Origin: Cycas panzhihuaensis
Taxonomy: Eukaryota; Plantae; Cycadophyta
Assembly (NCBI GenBank): GCA_023213395.1
Contig: CM041465.1
Coordinates: forward strand, 174,289,741-174,353,740
Direction of reading: 5' to 3'
DNA length: 64,000 bases
The notes below the pieces were generated by a model that saw only the letters and a program-made list of their open reading frames with translations, was not told where the DNA came from and made no database searches. Shown here in pieces: positions 1 to 13,587 of this stretch (within the stretch, counting starts at the first letter, position 1; each line of letters starts with the position of its first letter). The translations under genes were made by a program, and so were the position numbers.

Positions 1-2978
1 ATTAGGTCATCCACATACACCACACAAGCAACTATTGAAGTTCCCTTCCTTTTCACATACAAATTTGAGTCGAGTTCAGAAATCTCGAAACCTTCAGCTT
101 TCAACATGGCATCCATTTTCTCATACCAAGCACAGGGTGCTTGTTTTAGGCCATAGATTGATTTCTTTAACTGGCAAACAAGATGCTCCTCTTGGCCTTC
201 CTTAACGAATCCTAGAGGCTGTGACATATAGAAGAGTATAAAAGCCTTAGGTAACTCCCAAGGAATTGATCAATCAGACTGTTATCATTCTAGAGACTGG
301 TGCAAACGTCTCCTCATAGTCAATTCCTTCTTTTTGCTTGAATCCTTGAGCGACAAGTCTAGCCTTGTACTTGTCCACCTCTCCATCGGGGCAGAACTTC
401 GTCTTATAGACCCACTTGCATCCAACAAGGTTCTTCGTCAGGGGAAGTGGAATCAAATCCCATGTATCATTCTTCATCAATGAACCATACTCTTCCTCCA
501 TCGCAGCCCTCCAACGTGGATCTCCTTTCACCTCATCAAATGAATCAAGATCACTAGAGTTGTTGGTGTCTGCCAGCAGAGTTCGACTGGGATGTTGACT
601 TCTTGTTCTTCTATCATCAATCAGGGTTTGCATCACCACACCAGAATCTTTGATAGTCTTCCTTGCCCATAAAGGTATAGAAGGACTCATTGTTGGAGGT
701 ACTTCTTCTCATGGCGGCTCGTCACTATTACACGTCCTACTTGGTTCTGCTTCCTTGAGTGTTCCAACGATTGGCTCATCGTCCTCTTCGCTTGATGAAT
801 TTGGAAATGGGAGTAGGGGAGGGTAAAAGGATCTTCTGATGATCTATCGGCATGATACTTCGATGACTCATCAAATTTTACATCCCAACTAACCACAAAC
901 TTCTTCTCCTGTGGATCCCATAGTTTGTAAGCTTTATTTTGATTACAATACCCCATGAATATGCACTTTAGACTCTTCCGATCCAACTTCTTACGAGTAT
1001 CATTTAGGATGTGGGCATATGCAATACACCCAAAAGTTCTTAAATGGCTAATGACAGGCTTTCGACCAGTCTATTTTTCTTCGGGGGTCATGCTGCAAAC
1101 TTCCTGAGTGGGTACCTGGTTCAAAATATAAACAATAGTCGCCACAACTTCTACCTAAAACATCGGTGGCAGGTTTTTAGTGTGCATCATACACCTCGCC
1201 ATCTCCATCATGGTACGGTTCTTTCATTCAACAACTCCATTCTGTTGCGGGGTATACGGGACTGTAAATTCTTGTTTTATACCATGATCGCGATAGAATT
1301 GATTAAACGCATGGTTGTCATATTCCTTGCCATTATCACTTCTTAATGGCTTAATCTTCTTATCACATTCGTTTTCCACCATCCCTTTCCAATCACGGAA
1401 GCGATCAAATACATCTGACTTGTTTTTGAGAGAGTAAACCTAGGCCTTGCTAGTGTAATCATCTACAAACACAAGGGTGTAATGAGCTCCTGATATCGAA
1501 GGGTTTGGGAGAGGATCCATTATATTTGAATGTACAAGCTCCAACTTCTCCTTGGCTCTCCAGGCATTCTCCCAAGCAAAAGGGTAGCGGTGATGCTTGC
1601 CATACATACACCCTTTACAAACACCATCTGAGCAGGAAACCAATAGCAATGCTTCCATCATCTTCAACCTTTTTAGTAGTGCAATGCTTTTGGAGTTAAG
1701 GTGTCCTAGGCAACTTTGCCAAAGTTTACTCACGTCATCAGCATTGACAACAAAGGCATAAGACTTCTTCTGAGATTGAAATTTCTCAAACACCCAGAAG
1801 TTGTCCCTGACTTTCCCTATAGCAATGATAGTGAAGTTCTACTTTAGATCCTTAATCAGGCATTTGTCATTGTAAAACTCCACCTTCATGCCTTGTTTGC
1901 AAATTTCCTGGGCTAAAAGAAGGTTCAATTGCATCTTGGGTACATAGTATACCCCAGTAAATTTACCTCCTGCAATGGATACTTCATCGATACCTTCCAC
2001 CGACAAAACGTGAGCATCTCCAAGGACAATGTTTGCACCACTAAGATTTTTGTTCACCGTATCAAAGTTGCGCTTCTGGTAAGGGATGTGCTTCTATGCT
2101 CTAGAGTTAAGGACCCAATAATCTCTCCGATCTGACTCAACTGATAAGGTTTTTGCTCGGATGCAATGAGAAGCAATGCTCTTCCCTTTGTTATCCTGGC
2201 TAACTTTGCACTTTTCACGTCTCTTGAACCAATAGTTCTTCTCTTGGTGACCCTCCTTGCAGTAATTGCATTTTCCATTGAACTTCTTCTTCTCTTGTGA
2301 GCTTTCTCCTGACCTCTGTGTGATCTTGTCCTCTTTAGTGACCTCCTTCCTCTGAGTCTTCATGGCTAGGGCCTAACTTGATTCAGAACCTCCAAGCGTT
2401 TTGTGATGTTTAAGCTTGGCATCCTCCGCTAGAATTAGGTTTTTAAGCCCATCAAAAGTTTCTACCTCTATCACCTCATCTCTACCATATATGGTCTGGA
2501 AAGTGGCGAACGCAACTAGCAGCTTTGACATGATTATTGCGAACAACAACGCATCATCGATCGAATTCTACTTTAGTTCTTCTAGCTTATTTTTCAAGTC
2601 TGTGATCTTGTTCAAGTAGGACCTAATGTTGTTCTCATCTTCCACACGCGAATTGAGTAACTCCAACATCATGGCAAGATATCTATTCGTTTTCTTCTTT
2701 TCAAAGGTATCGCATAGTTTTGTCCATATTTCGTTTGGTTCATCTAGATTGTGAACCAAGGCTCTCTGGTCTGGTGCCGGTGACAGTTTCAGTAGTCCCA
2801 CAACCATAAATTTCTTCTCTTCGAGACGAACACGCTTTTTATGGTCTAATGGAATTGCATCCACTTTAGTCTTAGTAATACCGCAAAGTTGATTCACCAT
2901 CAAAATAAGTTCCATATTGGCCTTCCATTTGTTAAAATTGTTACAATTGAAGAAAACCTTGGGCATAAGATGCTCCAT
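1..2978 (-). pseudogene. Copia gag-pol of A1, fragmented by stops and frameshifts
   Basis: ORF pieces 2568-2978, 2094-2363, 1839-2057, 1440-1793, 687-986 and 274-690 carry successive gag/PR/INT/RT motifs. Confidence 0.92.
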
Positions 2979-4425
2979 CTTGAGAAACAGGCTTCAATAT
3001 GCCTCAAACGACACCAAAACGATTGTCTTTTGGACAAAAATGCACCCTTGTGTCCTCCTCTAGCTCAAGGGCACACTTCAAAGGGCACCATACACCGACT
3101 ATGCACGCGTTAAGCGAGTCATCGACTGTTCTTCCCTCACAAATGGCCAACAAATGCCCTTAAGTGACCTCAAAAGTGTCAAAAATGACCTTTAAGTCAC
3201 TTAAAAAAGTGCTCCAAGAACTAAGGACAACTTCACAAATCAAAAATGCACGGTCTCCAAGTCACAATCACAAAGAATCTCCTCAATCCGTGCTCAAAAC
3301 GGCTCAAGGAGTCCTCAAATACATCACACTATGTAATAACATGATTTTTCAATGGTCTATGGGCCTTTTATAAAGTTCAATTATAAAGAGAATATGCCAA
3401 AAGGCATATTCTCAAAAGTGGCAACTTTTGGAATCATATCCCCTTAGTAACTTAATGCACATGCTTTAATTTCAATAAAGACATGTAAGGTTGAAGTTTA
3501 TCAAAGTTACACCTTATGATATCTCCCGCTCTTCATGTGGAGGAATATGAAGGTGCAGCTACCGCAAAGTATACACGGACTACATCTATTAACCGAACCT
3601 GCAATTGGCTTTGTACGACTAGTAAGAGGACCGTACATAGCTCAGTCACGCACTAAATAGCCCAACCAACGTAATCACACGCCTAGCCAATGTAATCACA
3701 TGCCCAACCAATTCAAATACCAAATAGCCACAAAAAAAAGATTCTCAGTCAACACAAATAGCACCCAACCAACTCTTACGAGCTCCAAAACAGCACACAA
3801 ATAGCCCAACCACCTCTTAACACACAGATGCAAGCTTAAAATGTGCATACGACTGAGATATGGGGGTCACACTCTTAAATAAAGGCACTATGACTCAAAA
3901 ATCAGCAATTGACACTTTGTTCTGCTATATACTCAGTCTAATCTTAGTATAGAGGGCTGAAAACATTCTGAATAGGCTCCAAGCTCTCCCTTATATAGAC
4001 AAGATGTGTGTAAACCCAAAAAAAGCTTACCCTTTTTTGAATTTTATAGTGTTTTAGATGAGTAAATAACCGAATTACTTGTGTACATAGATGGCTGTCC
4101 TCATAGTCATCGAATCACCATCAATACGTGCTCCGCTGGCTTGAATCACCCCTACAGATCATCAACCCGCTTTAGATGGCCCCCAATGAGCTAACTCAAA
4201 CCACAACTGTGGCCTTCATGCCTGATTATTGGCTCTAATAGACCCTTATGCCCGTTGAATAGTGATTTTCACTGTTCAACCACCATTGATCTGCTGTGCC
4301 TGCTTCTGCACATTGCTAAGATGATGGACCCTTAGGACAAGTCCTGGGTTTAACAGCTTCACCCAGCAACCGACGATCTCATTGCTTCGCTCAACGTCAA
4401 GCTTCAGCTGTGTAGGACCCTACGA

Positions 4426-4436
4426 CTCTGATACCA
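4426..4436 (-). promoter_or_regulatory. Primer-binding site (tRNA-iMet) of A1
   Basis: Minus strand reads TGGTATCAGAG directly abutting the LTR end. Confidence 0.92.
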
Positions 4437-4789
4437 TGTTCGGGAACATGAAATCAGATAGGTATGTTCCCATCCTCAGAATCTTTAACCATATAGAACA
4501 AGCAAACAAAAATACACACAGAATATAGATGCACAATACATAGGATTAATGTGGGAAAACCCTTTTGAGAGAAAACCCACCACAAAAGATCCTTCTGGAT
4601 CGCATTTATTATTGCACAATGATTTGATACATGAATACACAAGGGCCTAAGGCTTTTATACTCTTCTAAGAGGTGTCACTCGATTAGGGTTGTAACCCTC
4701 TGAATATCTTGCACATTTTTGCTTAATCACCTTAGTTAAACCACATTAACATTAACTTAGTGGCTTAACAAACAACTGCCACGTTAACA
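4437..4789 (-). repeat. 5' LTR of A1 (~353 bp)
   Basis: TG...CA termini; homologous to 38566-38941, 44518-44893 and 59614-59987. Confidence 0.9.
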
Positions 4790-7181
4790 ATCACAAATAT
4801 CACTGTGAATAAGTTCAAGCTTGTTCTGAGATTGCCAAGAGCTTAGATGAAATCTTTGTCGATGTTGCTTTTCTAGCATTCAACTGTTGCAAATTGATTG
4901 AGATCTTTTAATGGGAGGAAGTTCTTCTACGATATTGTGTGTCTTTAGCTGAGACAAGTAGTCATAAGAGAGATGCCTATATCTTAAATGCTATATTTAA
5001 CTCTTATTGTCGAGATTTACAAAGAGGGCTTGAGGAGTTGCAATTGCAGCAGTAGCTATAAATTTATATAGCCCATTTTCTTCTACTCCTCTTCCTATAA
5101 TTTTTTTGTCTTTATTTTTGATGCAACATTCATTCCCTTCAAAAAGATGACCTTAAGATTCTTTCTAATCATCTAAGATACAAAAAAGAGATTCTTGTTT
5201 ATTCATGGTACATATAAAACATTGCTAACTTTTTAAGTTTCTCCATCAACCATTACTAGCACTGTGCCTTTTCCTTGGATGGGGTGAGTAGTGTTGTCTC
5301 CATGCTTAACTACAACCTTGGTCCCATCCTTGTCGATCTTCTTGAACTAGTCATGTTTAGGAGTCATGTGCTTGGAGGCTCCTAAATCTATGCACCAATT
5401 GCTTTGAGATGTGATCTTGGTAGATAAAGTTGTTACAAATGCAGTTTCTTCAATATCTTCTTCCTCTTGTTCTTTTTCTCCGCTGAAGTTTCCTGCTTTC
5501 TTCCCTCGAGCAATGTCTACTTTCCTGTACCTACAATCTTTTGCGAAATGCCCCAGTTTCCCACAATAGAAGCATATTATTCTTTGGGTTGGGATTCTAG
5601 AGATGAGAGGAGGAGGTGTTTCTTTGAGCCCTTCCTCCACTTTGCCCTATGAATCCCCCTCTAGGTTGAACTTTTCTCTTATAAATTTTGGCTTTAGAAG
5701 CAAAAGCATTTTCTAGGTCAGATTTTTCATAGTTTTTCTTTCCTTGTTTAAATTGAAGCAACTGACCACACATGACATCAAAAGACATGTTTTTTACATC
5801 AAGAGAGAGTGGTATAGTGGTGGAAAAGTTTTCATATGACTTGGGAAGCTTGTTTAGTACCAACTGTACTAATTCTTGCCCATCTACCTTAATTCCTGTA
5901 GCTGCTAGATTTTCTTGTAGGCTTTTTAGCCTAGTGAGAAAACTAGTTACACTTTCATTTTCTGATATTTTCTCTTTATACATTTCTTCTTTTAAGAAAA
6001 GAACCCTAGCTACATTCTCTTGTGCATAGAGAGAAGACAAAATACTCCAAGCTTTGTGAGTAGAGTTAGCTTGGATGATATGGGGCAATACATGATCCAC
6101 AATAGAGAGAGTAATTGCAAGAAGGGCATAATGATCACATTCATCAAATTCTTTTCCTCCAGCATCTCTTGGTGGTTTTGGTAGAACATTTGTAGTTTGC
6201 TTCTAAGCTCCTTTTGCAAAAAGTATTACTTGCATTTTCCCTTTCCATGAGTTAAAATGATCTCCAATTAATTTTTCCTATTTAGGAAGTGCATAAATTG
6301 AAGCCATTAAGAAAAAACAAGAGAGAACAAAAATTTGAAAAAGTGACTGTACGATATAGGTTTATATGGCTGTATAGATTTGAGCACGTACAAGAAAAAA
6401 TTCTAAAAATATGCAAACTCAAGATCTTTGAGGCACCGTTCTAATTCTGCAGATGATTTTTTAAATTGAGTTGTGGCTAGGGAGAAAACAACCTTTGAAG
6501 CTCATAGTGGCAACTAGGGCTTTTTGCCCTTTTTGCTCGTATTTACATGTATAGTGCTCGATTTGTACAAAATCTAGTATCGATGTATAGATCTCAACAC
6601 GAGCTTTTCAATGATAGGTGATTTGCCCACTGAAACTCAAAAATCTGAGAAATATCTCCACTGGAGCATTTTCAGCCGCTCTTCTATTTTTAGTCAATTT
6701 TTAGGTGTTTAGACACGGAATCTGCACTGATGCCTTCTTGACAGAATAATCCCCTTGAGGTGCACTTACTGGGGAAATTTTGTCAAATTCTGACAACGAC
6801 CCAAAATTTCATTTGTATAGGTTTGTATGGATCTATATGGCAGTCTGTACACTTTTCTACTTGCCAAATAAAATGTTTTGCCTCTTAGCTGAAGCCTTCA
6901 CAAGTGGCCCCTTTAGTTGAGTTTTTGCACAACAAAAAAACTCAGAAAAGTAGACTAAACCTGCTCTGATACCATGAAGACAGATTGAATAATCATTCAT
7001 TAATTAATCCATTGAGAGAATATGTATTAATACAAGAGAGGACCCTTTGCATGAGTGACAAGTGTCTTGCATGCATAAAGAGGGGAAATGACACATAACC
7101 CTTAATTATCTAAGATACAAACATGAGTTATAACACTAGGGACATAAGATACATACCTAGGGATAAACATTATCTTTAACA
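4790..7181 (-). mobile_element. Ty1/Copia element B (5' LTR, gag, PR, start of INT), interrupted by A1
   Basis: LTR 6975-7181 (TG..CA) and perfect PBS TGGTATCAGAGC at 6963-6974. Gag from ~6307, knuckle CFYCGKLGHFAKDC, protease WCIDLGASKHM. Minus-strand 4790-4890 reads EKQHRQRF...KLELIHSDIC (integrase) right up to the A1 LTR. Confidence 0.88.
6975..7181 (-). repeat. 5' LTR of Copia B (~207 bp)
   Basis: Adjacent to the PBS; minus-strand start TGTTAAAGATAATGTTTATC resembles the LTR starts of D and E. The partner LTR is not in the window. Confidence 0.75.
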
Positions 7182-7382
7182 CCGTGGGTTGAAAGTCTCT
7201 CTATAATAGTCCTTTGTTTGGTTGCATTGTTTTTACTGCAAATTAGTGTATTGTGAAATGTTTGTATATTTTCTCAAATTCTTAGGATACATTAGAGATG
7301 TTTCCTTCCCAAATCTCACAACCATATAATAAGATAGATATTGCTAAAGTGTTGAATAGAACACATTTTTGTCTTTGGTCTC
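7182..7382 (-). mobile_element. Decayed RTE-like LINE ORF2, piece 3 (post-RT region)
   Basis: Minus strand 7332-7309 translates LLYGCEIW within FNTLAISILLYGCEIW...FEKIYKHF. Confidence 0.7.
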
Positions 7383-7736
7383 TGTGTGTAGGCAGTTTAG
7401 TTGCAACCTTTTGTTGTATCTATAAGCGGTTGCAACTAACTTGATCATAGTATGTATAAAAAATAGGAGAAAGAATGTAGAGGTAGTAGTTAATTTTGTT
7501 CATAGTCGCTATCCATTGACTGCTGTTGCACAGAAAGTCCGTTATAGTTTTGTATCATTGTAAGTCATCCTGTGTGTATTGTTCTGGGTCGGCTCTGGTT
7601 GTGAGAGAACGAGAGCCTCCCATCATAATGAAATGACTATGGTCGTTGTGCTCCCAAATATTGCTGTGTAATGCTGCAAGTTGCAATGGTTTAACTCTTG
7701 TGCTTGTTCCATATGAGATTCCGGACACGGCACACA
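7383..7736 (+). repeat. 5' LTR of Gypsy C
   Basis: TGTGTG...CACACA termini; direct repeat of 16363-16716. Confidence 0.96.
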
Positions 7737-7737
7737 T

Positions 7738-7749
7738 TGGTTCCGTTGC
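7738..7749 (+). promoter_or_regulatory. PBS of Gypsy C, probably tRNA-Glu
   Basis: TGGTTCCGTTGC, 1 nt after the LTR; complementary to the ...GCAACGGAACCA 3' end of plant tRNA-Glu as recalled from memory. Confidence 0.7.
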
Positions 7750-8207
7750 TAAATTAAAACATGAGAATGGGTGAGAACAATTAGAATCCTTAAGGGTCCT
7801 CTTTTATGCCACCCAAAGTAGAAGCCGAGACGCGTCATGATCGAGGGGAGCACTGGGAGAAAGAAAGAATCCAAGCGGGGGTACGTAAACCTAGATTTGT
7901 GGTTACACCCAAGTAGCAGGTGAAGAGGCGACCATCTGTACGTTCGACAGAAAAAGGGAAATTAAAGATTGAGGAAGGAATAAAGGATCAAAATCTGGGT
8001 ATAATAGAGATGTAGGCAGGTGCGGAAGATAATCAAAGGTGTGTAGAAGAAGAGGATCTGGCTAGAGAAATTCAAGCATTAAGTGCGGACGGAGACATTC
8101 AACAGAATTATGTTGAAGGAAAGTTACAAAAAACAGAAGCAGCGGAGGAGAATTCCATCGAGTTAGGAATATATAGTATAGCAGAACAAGCATAGAATCA
8201 TCATTTA

Positions 8208-9680
8208 TTGGAAATTCGAACTCCAAGCCACATAATAAACCCCCTGTTTAAGTTGCCCATGGCAACTCTAGGGAGTAGCGTAGGAGGTGCAACAGGAGGA
8301 GGTCAAAGTGCAATATCGGGTGGAGGAAATCCAGTAAGCACAACCCCATATATTGTGGTGCAAAGTGATTCAATGTTTTTGAGCCTTCAATTTGATGGCA
8401 CTATAGATCTTGGTGATCATTGACACTATTTAAAAATATGATTAAGATAAAAAGGATCATGGATCAAGGGGAAATTAAGGCTCGTTTTTCCTCCACATTA
8501 AGGGGCCCCGCAGTAGCATGGTTCCAATATGTCGCAGGGCAGCAACTAAATTGGGATCAGTTGCAGGATCAATTCCTTAGTCGATTTCAAAAACTGAGGG
8601 ACCCAATAGCTATCTTGGAAGCTTTGGAAGAAATCCGTCAGTACCCAAGGGAATTTGTAAACGATTTTCATGGAAGAATGCAAGTTATAATGAATAAGAT
8701 GCATGCGTCCATAGCAATCAACCCAATGCTAGCAATGAAATATTTTGTGCAAGGGTTGATACCTCAATTGCGAGATAAGGTGATGTTGCATCTAATGAAT
8801 AATTATGAGCAAGTAAGGGAGCTAGCATTGAAATTTGAAAATCAAATGAAATTGGCTTACTCCCAGATGATACAACCCTTAGCATATGGTTCTAATACAC
8901 TGGTACAACCCATGCCACAAATGAGTATGAATCTAGAAATTGAAGCCTTGAAGAAAGAAGTAGAAGCATTGGAGCAACAACCTGCAGTTTCTATTCCAAA
9001 TAGTATGCAACACATATAGGAATTGGAAAAACTTCGCACAGAATTATCCCAATTGTGATTAGAAAAATTGAGAGAAAATAATTGGTGTCCTCTGCCATGC
9101 AATCAACAAAAGGAGTCTGGAGGAGCTATGAAATGGTGTGAAATTTGTTAAAGGAATAATCACAACACATGGGAATGTTACTTTTGGTCGAAAAGTAATG
9201 AGGGTGAAATACATTATGTTTATTCATAAAAGGAGGAAAAAGGAGTTGTAAAACAATATAAAGGAAAGACAAGACCTGTTCGTTGTTTCTTATGTCAGAG
9301 GTGGGGACATTTTAGATCGGAATGTCCATTGGAGAAAAAAGTGGGAGAATATATTTGTGAGGAATGTGGACCAACGGATCACAAATGGCCTAATTGTCCC
9401 AAGAATAATAAGATACTGAATGCTAATTTGGTGGATATGATTTTGGACCAAGAAAAGCCAGTTTACCTATAGACGCAAAGTGGTAAATTGACGGGACCTC
9501 CTCCTACTCAAGATAATTTTCCAGACCCAGTCGTAGAGAAACAACGGTTACAGGAGGCAATAAAAATACTCCAGGACACAATGGGAGAAACGCAGGAGGA
9601 AAAGCAATCAGGAAGATTTAAAGGCTTGCATTACAAGAGAAGGACAACCCAATCACCAGAAGGTATGAATCCTTGGTAGA
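8208..9680 (+). pseudogene. Gypsy C gag (capsid-like region plus three CCHC knuckles), disrupted
   Basis: LRGPAVAWF...WDQLQDQFLSRF...IRQYPREFVNDF; knuckles at 9137-9178, 9284-9325 and 9356-9397. Confidence 0.85.
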
Positions 9681-9691
9681 GGCTACAAACT

Positions 9692-12600
9692 GTGAAGGAT
9701 ATACTTACTGAATTAGGTGTCTCAATTCCTATATCTGTTGTATTTGAATGGTGGGAAGTAGGGTACTTCCAGCAAATGATTTTAGATCAAATTGAGAAAC
9801 CAGTTCTTAGAACTATAAAGGATATGAGAATAGACCCTAGAGTTCTAGTGATGATGTTTGGAACTACCTTATGTAGAACTATTGTAGATGGGGGCTCAAG
9901 GGTAAATGTACTTCCCAAATCCTCATGGATAGCACTGGGAAGGCCCAATGTTGTTACCCCAGATTATTCGATTAAACTAGCAAATCAATTACAAGTCAGG
10001 CCCATGGGAACATTGCTGAATGTTCCAATAACCATGGCAGATGTAACTGTATTATTGGATTTTGCAGTAGTTCGGATGCAGGACCAAAAGAAGACATACC
10101 CGGTGTTATTCGGGATACCATGGTTATTAGCTACAAAAGCAATCCAAGATTGGGGAAAACATACCTTTACATTGCCAGTGGGAGAAAAAACAGTAACTTT
10201 TCCCTTATGTTTAGATGGGCCAAAGATAGAAAAGATTGAAGACGAAGGAAGAGCTTCCTCTACAACAGTAACATCAGAATCTTCAATGAGTTCGTGTTTT
10301 GAAATAGCATTCCAGATACAACCAAGATTGCCAAATAGTCCCTTATCCTCTTACATGTTGGATTGGTTACATAATGCTTGGGAAGAAACATAACCAGTAG
10401 CATGTTATCATATGGAAAGTTGTAAAGATATTTTACAAGAAAACGATGAGGAGCCAGTTCAATCAGAAAAAATTCCAAGGAAATCTACTATTGTTCCACA
10501 ATTATGTAATACAAATTTAAGGAATAAAAGGCAGCAACAATTTTTGTATTTGATGTTGTACTCACAAACCTGAATTGAGTATAGAGTGCAGTTGCAAATA
10601 AGTAAAATTTTTTCTTTTTATGAGAATGTTCAAAAAATGATGGGATGGATTAAAACCTTTCAAATGCAAGAAGTATATTGTTTTCAAATGGAAAAAGAGG
10701 ATGTAACGGAATGGAGTATTGATAAGACACTAACTTATGCGTTAGGCCCAAACGGTAAAATAGTAATAGGAGAAAAGTTAAAAACACAGGAGATTAATAT
10801 CGGAATTGAGGAACAACCATGAATGATCACTATGGGTGACTATTGGAAGGAAGAAATGGTGCAGTAAGCAGCTGCACTATTTTTGGAATTCAAAGATGTC
10901 TTTGCTTGGTCCTACAAAGACCTAAAGGGTATTCCGCTAAAATTGGGAGAGCATAAAATTGAGTTGATGGAAGGAGCGAAACCGGGAAGGCAAAGACCAT
11001 ATCGTATGAATCCTAAGTATAAAGAACAAGTTAAGGCCGAATTAGATAAATTGCTAGAAGCTGATTATATTTTTGAAGTTGAAAATAGTGAATGGGTGAG
11101 TCCTGTAGTGGTGGTCCCAACGAAAAATGGGAAATTGAGACTTTGCGTGGATTATAGAGCCCTGAACAAAGCTGCTAAGAAGGATCCATTTCCAATTCCT
11201 TTTACAGAGGATATTTTGGAAAAAGTTGCAAGACATGGGATATACTCATTCACGGATGGATTCAATGGATATAATCACGTCCAAATCGCACCTGAAGATC
11301 AATTGAAGACAACCTTTGTCACGGAATGGGGTACATATGCATTTCGGGTAATGCCCTTTGGACTTACAAATGCTCCAGCAACATTCCAAAGAGTTATTCT
11401 TAACATTGTTAAACAAACAATAGGGAAAACAATTGAAGTATTTTTGGATGATTGAACATTATTCACCCTATTAAAAAATCATTCAAAATGTTTATGGTCA
11501 ATGTTGGAAACTTGTAAAAAAAATAATCTTTGCTTGAATCCTGTGAAATGCACCTTCATGGTACCTTTCGGGACCTTGTTAGGACATGTGGTAACAAAAG
11601 AAGGACTATTAACAGATCTAAATAAGGTTATAGTAATTTTAAATTTTCCAGCGCCAAAAACTCAGAAGCAAGTGAAAGCATTCTTGGGAATGACAGGATA
11701 TTATTGGAAATTTATAAAGGATTATGCTCAGATAGCAAATCCTTTGGAAATTTTATTAAAGAAAAAGACAGAATGGCAATGGCACCTTCAACAACAATTG
11801 GCATTTGAATTGTTGAAGAAAAATATTGCTCAAGCACTAATCTTGAGGTTTCCAGATTGGGATAAACCTTTTCATGTTCATGTGGATACTTCTTTATTTG
11901 CAAGTGGGTGTGTATTGACACAGCTAGAAGATGATAAGATTGATTTACCAATTTATTTTGCGAGCCGAAAATTAACAGATGCTGAAAAGAACTATTCAGT
12001 GATTGAACGTGAAGGATTGGGCATGATCTTCAAAAATTTAGGCATTATCTGTTAGCTAATCCATTGTTTTCTTTGTTGATCACCAAGCGCTTCAATATTT
12101 AATTAATAAGCCCATTGTCCAAGGAAGAATTAGTAGATGGCTCATGTTGTTTCAGGAATTCAACTTTAGGATTATTGTGAAAAAAGGAGTCAAGATGATT
12201 TTTGGGACGTAGAATTGTTTGCTATTCAAGTAGTACCAGAGTGGTACGAGGATATCACCCGATTCTTATCAACAGGACAAACATCGGTAGGGATGGAGCA
12301 TGTCGAACGACAAAGTTTTATTAGAAAGACCTTTCCCTTTCAATTGATTTAAGGAATGTTGTATAGAATGGGACCTAACCAAATTTTAAGAAGATGTGTA
12401 CTAGGACATAAAGTGGAAGTTGTTATTAGAGAAGCCCATGAAGGAGTTGCAGCAAAACATCAAGGCATAGAACCTACGAGTAGAAAGATTCTACTAGCAG
12501 GGTTATGGTGACCCACAATTTTTGAAGATGTATGGAAATGGGTACAGAGTTGTGATGTATGTCAATGGATTGGGAAGCCAACAAGGAGCCATTTAATGCC

Positions 12601-13500
12601 TTTATGCCCTATATTGGCCTAAGTGCCATTTGAAAAATGGGGATTGGACTTTATTAGACCAATTAGTCCACCAGCTCGACGCACAAATGCAAGATACATC
12701 TTGGTTGCCACAGATTTTTTAACAAAATGGACAGAGGCCAAAGCAATGAAAACATGTGATGCACAAAGTATTGCCAAGTTTCTTTATGAGATGATAATCA
12801 TTCGATTTGGTTGTCCGTTGGAGATTATTTCGAATCAAGGTAGTAGTTTTCTTAACGAGACAATAAAGCAGTTAACACAAGAATTTTTGATTCAACATTC
12901 TAAATCCTCTCCATATTACTCAAGCGAATGGTCAGGTAGAAAAGCACAAATAAAATTTTAAAGCTGGCTTTGTCTAAAATTTGCAACCGAGGACGTACAG
13001 ATTGGGCAGAGCGCCTTTATTCAGTTTTATGGGTGGACAAGACAACAGTAAAGCGACCACATAAGCAGACTCCATTTCAGTTAGTTTATGGCCAGGAAGT
13101 TGTACTTCCCTTGGAATTTCAGATGGAAAGTTTAAGTGTGGCATCAGAATTGCGGCTGTTAGAAGATGATTCGCGAGATCAACGTTATGTTGACTTGATG
13201 AAGCTGGACAAAAAACGGGTAAGAGCTAGGTGGGAATTGAAAGCAGAAAAAATGCGAAGAAAAGCATGGCACGATTGGCATTTAAAAATTCCACAGTTCC
13301 AGGAAGGAGATCTTGTTTTGTTATATGACAGTAAATTTCGAATCAAACCAGGCAAACTGAAGTTGAGATAGCTCGATCCATACAAAGTAAGTCATATTTG
13401 GACAAATGGAGCAGTGCAACTCCAACAGCTTGATGGAACGTTGTTTGAAAAACCAGTCAACGGAAGTCAACTGAAAAAGTACATTACAAAATAATAATAA
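9692..13500 (+). pseudogene. Gypsy C pol (PR-RT-RNaseH-INT), disrupted
   Basis: PR IVDGGSRVNV; RT LRLCVDYRALN, MPFGLTNAPATFQR, VFLDD; RH FHVHVDTS, ASRKLTDAEKNYS; INT PFEKWGLDFI, TPFQLVYGQE. Confidence 0.93.
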
Positions 13501-13587
13501 TAATAAAAAAAGAAAAAAAAAAAGAGCACAAAAACCATAGGAGCAGAATTTCTTTATGACTGTCATCATGGAAGCAAACGACTACCA

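Larger units (their letters stand above)
1..4789 (-). mobile_element. Ty1/Copia LTR retrotransposon, family A copy 1 (3' part outside window), degenerate
   Basis: Minus-strand gag (2568-2978), CCHC knuckle, protease, integrase (CKGCMYGKHHR, LVFVDDYT) and RT ([25 protein letters not shown]) in Copia order. PBS at 4426-4436; LTR 4437-4789 is homologous to 38566-38941. Confidence 0.95.

Noticed and set aside
6963-6974. tRNA-complementary sequences as tRNA genes
   Set aside because: These are 11-13-nt primer-binding sites, not cloverleaf genes; no tRNA or rRNA gene was seen in the window.
7555-7737. Duplicated 60-aa ORF (also 16535-16723)
   Set aside because: Antisense ORF inside the two LTR copies; the duplication is explained by the LTRs.
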